The notes under the pieces were generated by a model, which was not told where the DNA came from, did no database searches, and worked only from the letters and a program-made list of their open reading frames with translations. A stretch of DNA of 34,126 nt from a virus (lineage: Duplodnaviria; Caudoviricetes): positions 1 through 34,126 of the IMG/VR virus record IMGVR_UViG_3300025771_000087, one strand, 5' to 3'. The translations under genes and the position numbers were made by a program. This document shows, in pieces, positions 27,317 through 34,126 of the stretch; positions within the stretch are counted from its first letter, which is position 1, and each line of letters starts with the position of its first letter.

Positions 27317-27809
27317 GTTAGACGCCAAACTCAGCAAAGAGGTGGCTAACGCCGAAACCACCGGCGGTGGTGAGTTCGCACTCATCGAACCCGGCCGGTA
27401 CTTCGCCACCCTGTCCAACGTGGAAGTGCGAGAAGGACGCTACGGCCCACAGTGGTCAGCCGAATTCAACGACATCCAAGACGCCAAAGGCAACCGTCAA
27501 CCCGGACGTCAATGGTACAACCTCAACGTCCCAGTAGACGGGCACATGCACCCAGCCTACCAAAACGGTGAAGACAAATGGTTGCGCTTCCAAGAAGTCA
27601 ACCGGTCACGGATGAAGCAGTTCTTCGAAGCATTCGGATACACCACCGATTCCGACACTGACGAGATGGTAGGCGAACGAGTCGCCATCGACATCGAAAT
27701 CCGGACAATCCAGAGCGGGCCTCGCACCGGCGAGCGCGTCAACGGCGTCAAAGCCGTATCACCAGCGACCAACCTCGCAGGTGGAGTCATCGAAGACGCA
27801 CCGTTCTAA
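27309..27809 (+). CDS. SSB-like protein (DUF669-like)
   Basis: FALIEPGRY N-terminal pattern; acidic EDAPF C-terminal tail. Confidence 0.75.
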   Translation: MPKLDAKLSKEVANAETTGGGEFALIEPGRYFATLSNVEVREGRYGPQWSAEFNDIQDAKGNRQPGRQWYNLNVPVDGHMHPAYQNGEDKWLRFQEVNRSRMKQFFEAFGYTTDSDTDEMVGERVAIDIEIRTIQSGPRTGERVNGVKAVSPATNLAGGVIEDAPF

Positions 27810-27815
27810 CAAGCC

Positions 27816-27856
27816 GGGGACCGGGGGAGTTTTTGAGCGATTCGCCCTCGGTCCCC
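27816..27856 (+). terminator. Intergenic stem-loop
   Basis: GGGGACCGGGGG pairs with CCCTCGGTCCCC. Confidence 0.5.
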
Positions 27857-27875
27857 ACCCTAAAAAGGAGACCAA

Positions 27876-30536
27876 ATGAAGCTCACAGATGAGCAAAAAG
27901 AAGCCGTAGACCGTTCAGGCGGTCAAAATCTACTAGCAGCACTCGAACTTGCTGAAGACGGCTGGCACGTATTCCCACTCAGACCAGGCAGTAAAGTCCC
28001 ACTAATCTCCAAAGCACAAGGTGGCCGTGGGTGCCTCGACGGGACAACCGACCCAGACCAAATCGTCGAATGGTGGACCAACGTCCCCAACGCAGGGATA
28101 GGTGCCAACCTAGGCCCAGACAGGGTCGCATTCGACATCGACATCCAACACGGAGGCCGACACCTAGACTCATTCCCCACAACACGCACCCACCTAAGTG
28201 GTCGCGGTAACGGAAACAAACACCTCATCTACCGGTACGAACCAGGCAGTAAAGCATCCCAACTGAAAAGCAAAACAGCAGCATTAGGCCGAGGGATGGA
28301 CATCAAAATCGGCACCGGCGGTTACATCGTCATGCCACCCACCAGGCACGAAAGCACCGGCCAACCCTACACCGTCTCACCTATCAACAACGGTGAGGAA
28401 CACCTACTAACCGACAGTGAACTTGACGCCATCCTCACTGAAGCCAACCAGCAAAGTGCAACACCCAAAACCAGTGTAACACCAACCACCGACAAGTCCA
28501 CCTTAGCTGCCCTACTGTCCGACCCACCAGCTGAAGGTGGCCGGAACGACTGGCTCACCAAAGTCGCCGGACACTACGCCAAAAAATACCGAGCCGACAA
28601 AGCACTCTACGACAACGGCGTCAACATCGCCAACGACATGCTCGACGACCCACTACCAAACGACGAAGTGGCCAAAACCGCAGACTCAGTGTGGACACTC
28701 GAACAAACCAACCACCCTGAACGTTCCGCCGTACTCGAAAACGGCTACCTCGTCTCCGACGGCCCAACCCTCATGTGCCAAACCATCGTCCGGCAAGGCG
28801 ACCAACAAATGCCAGCGTTGGGGCACTTCGCCGACTTCGACATCCAAGCCATCGGCGTCGCCATAGACAACCAAGACCGACGCACCTACTGGGTGAGGAT
28901 AATCACCTGGGAGAAACACATCGAAACCGCCATCTCAGCGGAAACCTTCGGCGACGACCGCGCCGTCAAACGGTGGCTCGCATCCAGAGGACTCAGTATA
29001 GACCCACCCATCAACGCCATGCCACGGACCGCCATCGGCACCAGACTACTCAGATACCTCAACTCACAAAACCCCATCAAAGTGCAAATCACCGACCACC
29101 TAGGGTGGGACCTCAACCTGCAAGCGTTCGTCACCCACGACGGCCTAATCACATCCGAAGGGCACACACCGAAAGAACAAGCTGGAGTCGTCGCATCCCC
29201 CGTCCTCGTCGAACGAGACGTCGCACCGTTCCACTACGGGTTCGAACACGGACCAGCGAAAGCGGAAGCGGTACTCAACGAAGTACTCACCTTCCAAGAA
29301 GACATCACATCGTCAGTGTTCGGAGCATGGTGGGCAGCATGTTGGCTCAAACCGCAAATCCAAACACGCACCTCACTGTTCCCCTTCTTCGGAGTTGAAG
29401 CCGTCAGTGAAAGTGGCAAAACCAACGGTTTCTTCGACCTCATGGTGCAACTCAACGGAAACACCAGAGGTGAAATCGCACCCACCAAACCAGTCCTCAG
29501 AGACTACGCCAGCGCGAACAAATCCGGCATCGTCTGGGCTGACGACCTCGACTCACTCGAACCCTACGGTGAACTGCTCAGAGCAGCAACATCCAACGGG
29601 GTGTGGTCCAAGATGGACATCGACCGTAACTCAGTCAAAAACATCCAAATGGTCGCGCCGTTGTTCCTCACCGGCGAAACGTTAGGGATGGACACCCAGA
29701 AAGCACTGATGGACCGGTCAATCATCCTCAACCCAATCAGTCCTAAAGGACGTAAAAGCGCACGCGGTGACTGGGCACAATGGGAAGACATCCTCGACCT
29801 CATGACCAACTTCCCCAAAGACAAGGGTGGCCTGACCGTCCTCAGCGGTTGGTACCTCATGAAAGCACTCGACTACAGTGGTGAGGTGATGGAAGCACTC
29901 AAACGAGCCAAAACGAAAGGCCAAGGGAGACACGGGGACAAACTCGCAATACTCAGGGCCGGTGCACACTTACTCGAAATCCTCACAGGGCAAGAAAACC
30001 CCGGAGAAGGTACACACACCGTCAACGTTGAACAGTGGATAGCGACCCAAGAACTGCAAGGGTGGTTAGACAGGGACAACACACTCACAACCCAACTCGT
30101 CCCCTGGGCACTCAGGTCATTCGGATACCCAGAGCACGCCAGCACCACAGACCACGGGCGGTTCGAAGGCATCGACACACCAGCATTCAGTAAAAACAAC
30201 GAAGACGAAACCGAAATCTGGGTGTCAATCCCACTGCTCGCACAAGCCTGGGCAAGAGACCGCAACCACCGTATCGACACCCGTACCCAAAGCGAAACCG
30301 CACTCAAACAACAAGCCGACTCACTCAAAACCGAAGGTGGCAAAACATTCCACATCCTAGGTGGGAACCACAAAGGCTGGTACCGGAAAATACCCAAAGA
30401 ATACGTCCAAGCTATCCTAGACCGTGCCCAAGGCACCCAGGTAAGGCCAGGTAAGGACCAGGTAAGGGGTATATCCTTACTTGAAGAACCCCGCAACGAC
30501 GGGCAAAAAGACCCAGGTAAGGAGGTAAGGCATTGA
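27876..30536 (+). CDS. Bifunctional primase-polymerase with PriCT and helicase-like domain
   Basis: VFPL..KVP, AFDID, HLIYR, GGYIVMPPT (Prim-Pol); EGGRNDWL (PriCT-1); SESGKT and WADD (NTPase). Confidence 0.88.
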   Translation: MKLTDEQKEAVDRSGGQNLLAALELAEDGWHVFPLRPGSKVPLISKAQGGRGCLDGTTDPDQIVEWWTNVPNAGIGANLGPDRVAFDIDIQHGGRHLDSFPTTRTHLSGRGNGNKHLIYRYEPGSKASQLKSKTAALGRGMDIKIGTGGYIVMPPTRHESTGQPYTVSPINNGEEHLLTDSELDAILTEANQQSATPKTSVTPTTDKSTLAALLSDPPAEGGRNDWLTKVAGHYAKKYRADKALYDNGVNIANDMLDDPLPNDEVAKTADSVWTLEQTNHPERSAVLENGYLVSDGPTLMCQTIVRQGDQQMPALGHFADFDIQAIGVAIDNQDRRTYWVRIITWEKHIETAISAETFGDDRAVKRWLASRGLSIDPPINAMPRTAIGTRLLRYLNSQNPIKVQITDHLGWDLNLQAFVTHDGLITSEGHTPKEQAGVVASPVLVERDVAPFHYGFEHGPAKAEAVLNEVLTFQEDITSSVFGAWWAACWLKPQIQTRTSLFPFFGVEAVSESGKTNGFFDLMVQLNGNTRGEIAPTKPVLRDYASANKSGIVWADDLDSLEPYGELLRAATSNGVWSKMDIDRNSVKNIQMVAPLFLTGETLGMDTQKALMDRSIILNPISPKGRKSARGDWAQWEDILDLMTNFPKDKGGLTVLSGWYLMKALDYSGEVMEALKRAKTKGQGRHGDKLAILRAGAHLLEILTGQENPGEGTHTVNVEQWIATQELQGWLDRDNTLTTQLVPWALRSFGYPEHASTTDHGRFEGIDTPAFSKNNEDETEIWVSIPLLAQAWARDRNHRIDTRTQSETALKQQADSLKTEGGKTFHILGGNHKGWYRKIPKEYVQAILDRAQGTQVRPGKDQVRGISLLEEPRNDGQKDPGKEVRH

Positions 30537-30600
30537 GAGACACATTCTTGCACGCGCACGCGCACGCGCCCGAGGTCACAATAAGTCCTTACCTACTTAC
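30437..30600. repeat. CCAGGTAAGG iteron-like array, candidate replication origin
   Basis: Direct copies at 30437, 30447, 30458, 30513, partial at 30523; inverted CCTTAC at 30475 and 30587; (GCACGC)n at 30550-30569. Confidence 0.7.
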
Positions 30601-30614
30601 GACACACACCCCAC

Positions 30615-30647
30615 TTGACAAAGAGGAACACCACCCAGTGGTACAAT
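30615..30647 (+). promoter_or_regulatory. Promoter of the purZ operon
   Basis: Extended -10 TGGTACAAT at 30639-30647; TTGACA at 30615 (21-nt spacer, longer than usual). Confidence 0.6.
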
Positions 30648-30682
30648 AGAAACACCGACACCGCAACACTAAAGGAGACACC

Positions 30683-31822
30683 ATGTCAACAATCGATATC
30701 ATCACAGGAGCACAATACGGCTCCGAAGGTAAAGGACACGTCACAGCACAACTCGTCCACCGGTACAACCACGACGGAGAACGTACCACCAACATAAGAG
30801 TGGCCGGACCCAACGCCGGACACACCGTCATCGACGAAGGAGGCATGGCATTCCCACTGCGCACCATACCAGTCGGAGCAGCCATCAACCACGACGCCGA
30901 CCTCTACATCGCACCAGGCTCAGAAATCGACCTCGAAGTGCTACACCAAGAAATCCTCACCCTGCGGCAAGCCGGACACCCAGTGCGGAACCTATACGTC
31001 AGTGGGGAAGCCACACTGCTCACCCAGAAACACAAAGACCGCGAAACCGAAATGGACATGCACGGCACCATCGGCTCAACCGGTAAAGGCATCGGAGCAG
31101 CCAGAGCCGACCGGATAATGCGCACAGGCGAACGAATCATCGACAACTGGGAAGCACGCACCCTCATCACCGCACTCAAAGCGCAAATCCTCACCGCACC
31201 CGAACACCTGCTGTTCATGGCCAACCAACTCAACCAACACAACCGGCACATCCTCATCGAAGGCACCCAAGGTTACGGCCTAGGGTTACACGCCGGACGG
31301 TACCCACAATGCACCAGCTCCGACGCCAGAGCCATCGACTTCCTAGGGATGGCCGGAATCTCACCCTGGGCACCAGGAGTTGAACGAGTCACACCCTGGT
31401 TAGTCGCCAGGGTGTACCCAATCAGAGTCGCCGGTAACAGTGGCCCACTCGAAGGCGAAACCAGCTGGGAACAGCTAGGTCTCCCCGAAGAGAAAACCAC
31501 CGTCACCCACAAAGTGCGACGAGTCGGAGAATGGGACGCCAAACTGATGCGAGAAGCAGCAGTGGCAAACGGAATCGCAGTGCACCAATACGGCATGCCA
31601 CCAACCAACTACAACGCACCCGGACGAGTCGCCCTAACCATGGTAGACCAGAAAATCCCACAAATCCACGGACTCAGCAACCTTGACGACGCAGACGACG
31701 ACACCCAAGACCTAGTCTGGGAGTTAATCCGCGACGTCGAGAGCAACGCCGGAACCAAAGTGGGGATGTTCACCACATCAGCCGACACCTGCATCTGGAA
31801 CGAAGGACAGGTAGACTGGTGA
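30683..31822 (+). CDS. purZ: PurA-like 2-aminodeoxyadenylosuccinate synthetase (PurZ, likely PurZ0 type)
   Basis: GAQYGSEGKG (Ser14 where PurA has catalytic Asp), GPNAGHT, IGSTGKGIG, EGTQG, YPQCTS, PIRVAGNSGP, TTVTHKVRRVG, TMVD. Confidence 0.9.
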   Translation: MSTIDIITGAQYGSEGKGHVTAQLVHRYNHDGERTTNIRVAGPNAGHTVIDEGGMAFPLRTIPVGAAINHDADLYIAPGSEIDLEVLHQEILTLRQAGHPVRNLYVSGEATLLTQKHKDRETEMDMHGTIGSTGKGIGAARADRIMRTGERIIDNWEARTLITALKAQILTAPEHLLFMANQLNQHNRHILIEGTQGYGLGLHAGRYPQCTSSDARAIDFLGMAGISPWAPGVERVTPWLVARVYPIRVAGNSGPLEGETSWEQLGLPEEKTTVTHKVRRVGEWDAKLMREAAVANGIAVHQYGMPPTNYNAPGRVALTMVDQKIPQIHGLSNLDDADDDTQDLVWELIRDVESNAGTKVGMFTTSADTCIWNEGQVDW

Positions 31823-32142
31823 GCGAACTCAACGAATGGTGGGTCGAAATGGCCCGTAAAGAAATCGACGACATGACCGCCAAGATGGTCGAATACGGAG
31901 GGAACGGCAGAGCTGAAGACCTCATCCAAATCGGCCAAACCGTCGCCCTCACAGCAAAACGGAAAGTAGACGACGAAGAAGCAACCGAACTAGGCATCTA
32001 CTTCTACCTCATCGGCAAAATGGCCCGATGGACGGCAGCAGTCGTCGAAGGAGACCGACCCTCAGACGACACCCTACACGACATCAGCGTCTACACGCGG
32101 ATGGCTCAACGTGCCCGTCACAGTGGTGGCTGGCCAAACTAA
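31819..32142 (+). CDS. All-alpha MazG-like nucleotide pyrophosphatase (DUF1599/Nmad1-like)
   Basis: GTGA overlap with purZ; K..EYG, K.AR, DDTLHDISVY pattern. Confidence 0.6.
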   Translation: MSELNEWWVEMARKEIDDMTAKMVEYGGNGRAEDLIQIGQTVALTAKRKVDDEEATELGIYFYLIGKMARWTAAVVEGDRPSDDTLHDISVYTRMAQRARHSGGWPN

Positions 32143-32155
32143 AAAGGAGACCCAC

Positions 32156-33025
32156 ATGTTAATCTACCTCGCACACCCAATCGACAACCGCACCAATAAA
32201 ATGCCCGACGAACTAGACCGACGGTTAGACTACATCCGCCACAGTGTCAAAGGTTCCGGACACCACCTCTACCACCCAGGTAAAGCGTTCGTAGTTGGTA
32301 AGAAAACCACACCTGACTGGACAATCGAACACATCAACCGGACAGCTCAAAACACCGCAGACGCCCTGTTGGTGGTGTGGCCCAAAGGGTCCAAATCATG
32401 GGGAGTCCCAGCTGAAGTGGAACGGGCACGCACCCTCGGACAACCAGTCGCCATCCTAACCGACGACCACACCAGCTGGGCCATGCCAATGCCAGAAGCC
32501 GACCCACTCGTCAAAGTGTTCAGTATGGACAGTGGCAACAACCTCAAAGCCATACAGTGGCTGGAGAAGTTCCACTCACCGAAACGACGCGACCTACAAG
32601 CCGTCAAATGGACCCGGACTGCAGAGACCGGCCAATCCCCACGGAGAGCATACATGGACGACGCAGGGTTCGACCTGTACGTCTCCAAAGAAGTCACCAT
32701 CCCACCCGGCAAGTTCGTAGACGTCCACACCGACGTCGCAGTTGAACTGCCAGACGACAGTTGGGCGATGCTCACCGGCCGTTCCAGCACCCTCAGGAGC
32801 AAAGGTCTCCTCGTCAACCAAGGCATCATCGACCCAGGCTACCGAGGTGAACTGTTCATCGGATGTTGGAACATGACCACCAAAGAAATCACCGTGCACC
32901 CCGGAGACCGAATCGGCCAACTCATCATCATGTGCAACCGCACAGCTCAAGTGAGCCTGGTCGAAACAGACCACCTGTCCTACCACCCGAGAGGCATAAA
33001 AGGCTTTGGCTCAACCGGCGAGTGA
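32156..33025 (+). CDS. Fusion: NDT/DNPH1-like N-hydrolase plus trimeric dUTPase-fold domain
   Basis: AAAGGAG RBS; N-terminal IYLAHP..ADALL..SWGVPAEVERA..GQPV; C-terminal AGFDL, GRSS, GIIDPGYRGE, GDRIGQL, RG.KGFGSTG. Confidence 0.85.
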   Translation: MLIYLAHPIDNRTNKMPDELDRRLDYIRHSVKGSGHHLYHPGKAFVVGKKTTPDWTIEHINRTAQNTADALLVVWPKGSKSWGVPAEVERARTLGQPVAILTDDHTSWAMPMPEADPLVKVFSMDSGNNLKAIQWLEKFHSPKRRDLQAVKWTRTAETGQSPRRAYMDDAGFDLYVSKEVTIPPGKFVDVHTDVAVELPDDSWAMLTGRSSTLRSKGLLVNQGIIDPGYRGELFIGCWNMTTKEITVHPGDRIGQLIIMCNRTAQVSLVETDHLSYHPRGIKGFGSTGE

Positions 33026-33689
33026 CACCCTGGAGTTTCCACTGTTGACGTTGATGAACAACATCGACAAACTCACCCGACCCTACACGGACCGGATAGA
33101 GCTTGAAGAGGACGGCCGTAGAAACACCGTCACAGTGGAACACCCAGCGTTGCTCGACCAACTGGACGACGCCATACTGAGCAGCCAAACCATGGTGAAG
33201 CGTGGCTCAACCCTAGCCTCCCAACGGAGCGTGTTAGACGCCTCCGCATTCATGCTCCAGCACGCCATCAGGCAAGCCATCAAACTGATGTGGTCACAAT
33301 ACATCGACGACCCCATGCCAAAGGACATGAAACACGCACTCAGGCTGTGGCACATGCAGTTCAGGAAAGAGGTCACCGACCGGCAACTCAGTGCCGACAC
33401 CATCTGGAAACACGTACGCCACACCAACACCTGGATAATGCAAATCGAGTTGAAGTTCGACCCACCAATCACCCTTGAAGTAACCAGGCCCTGCCCAGAG
33501 TGTGACCAACAGTTCGTCTACAACGACTATAACGAAAGGGTCGCCTCAGTGGTGGTTACCTGGCAAAGAAGCTTCGAACGGAGTGCTGCTATCTGCCGTG
33601 CCTGTGGCAAATCCTGGGTTGGTGAGTCAGAGCTTAGACAGTTGCGTTACGATATTGACCAAAGAGACACGCTGTGGGGTGGTGTTTGA
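33006..33689 (+). CDS. Zn-finger hypothetical protein, possible late regulator
   Basis: CPEC..CRAC; position before HNH and terminase; true start may be TTG 33045 or ATG 33054. Confidence 0.6.
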   Translation: MAQPASDTLEFPLLTLMNNIDKLTRPYTDRIELEEDGRRNTVTVEHPALLDQLDDAILSSQTMVKRGSTLASQRSVLDASAFMLQHAIRQAIKLMWSQYIDDPMPKDMKHALRLWHMQFRKEVTDRQLSADTIWKHVRHTNTWIMQIELKFDPPITLEVTRPCPECDQQFVYNDYNERVASVVVTWQRSFERSAAICRACGKSWVGESELRQLRYDIDQRDTLWGGV

Positions 33690-33715
33690 CTTTATGAAGA
33701 TGAATGTGATAAAAT
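33686..33715 (+). promoter_or_regulatory. Candidate promoter before HNH
   Basis: TTGACT-N18-TAAAAT with TG extension; overlaps the in-frame ATGs of the HNH gene, so interpretation is uncertain. Confidence 0.45.
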
Positions 33716-34047
33716 GGGAAACGCATGGCACCAGCGTATCTGAAAGCTGGAAAGGTAGTACCCGTCGCGAAAGACTCCCCTCTAACTGGTCACAGTTACG
33801 GGATACAGTCATCGCAAGAGCCTCCCATATATGTGAAGCCAAGATGAAAGACGGGTCTCGTTGTACCGATAAAGGTACTGACGTTGACCACATCAAACCG
33901 GGTGACGACCACAGCCTCGACAACCTGCAACTTTTGTGCAAGTGGCACCACAACAAGAAAAGTAGCCGGGAGGGTAACAAAGCAAGACCCCGGTTATCCG
34001 AGAAACGGCCGAAAGAAGCGCATCCGGGACTAAACCCCTCCCTATAG
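33694..34047 (+). CDS. HNH endonuclease (terminase-associated)
   Basis: RRERLPSNW, DVDHIKPGDDHSLDNLQLLCKWHHNKKS, EAHPG; adjacent to TerS if circularised; start uncertain. Confidence 0.85.
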   Translation: MKMNVIKWETHGTSVSESWKGSTRRERLPSNWSQLRDTVIARASHICEAKMKDGSRCTDKGTDVDHIKPGDDHSLDNLQLLCKWHHNKKSSREGNKARPRLSEKRPKEAHPGLNPSL

Positions 34048-34126
34048 GTGTGGCAACGGTGGCAGTGGTGGCATTGGTAATGTGGTATACAATGGAGGGA
34101 ATCTCCCCCCTGGGTGCTGCGCTACA

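Noticed and set aside
30437-30600. Mini CRISPR array
   Set aside because: Repeats are only 8-10 bp, mostly abutting, in both orientations, with no regular spacers
30683-31822. Ordinary PurA auxiliary metabolic gene
   Set aside because: The catalytic Asp of GDEGKG is Ser and PIRV replaces TTRV; neighbours are dNTP-processing genes, which fits PurZ better
1-34126. tRNA genes or stop-codon reassignment
   Set aside because: No cloverleaf seen in the short intergenic gaps; conserved genes are full length under the standard code and TAA, TAG and TGA all act as stops

Overview
The window looks like a complete or near-complete (~34.1 kb) genome of a tailed, siphovirus-type phage. The terminase, portal, capsid, r1t holin and primase-polymerase gene types point to an actinobacterial host (inference). 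Every credible gene is on the + strand and no integrase is visible, so the phage is probably lytic. Gene order: terminase small and large subunits, portal, MuF-like head protein with a C-terminal ADP-ribosyltransferase domain, scaffold, major capsid, head-tail joining proteins, major tail, frameshifted tail chaperones, tape measure, Dit, hub, fibre and glycine-rich tail proteins, M23 endolysin and holins, a DEDD exonuclease, early genes, Holliday junction resolvase, Cas4-like nuclease, family A DNA polymerase, HTH protein, Sak4-like ATPase, SSB-like protein, primase-polymerase/helicase, an iteron-like repeat array, a nucleotide-modification operon, a Zn-finger protein and an HNH nuclease. The main feature is the operon at 30683-33025. 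It encodes a PurZ-type (most likely PurZ0) 2-aminoadenine (Z) synthesis enzyme, a small all-alpha MazG/DUF1599-like protein, and a fusion of a DNPH1/Rcl-like dNMP N-hydrolase with a trimeric dUTPase-fold domain. No HD-domain DatZ dATPase is recognisable, so this may be a variant Z-genome pathway that removes adenine nucleotides by a different route. All family assignments come from motifs recognised by eye; no database searches were run.
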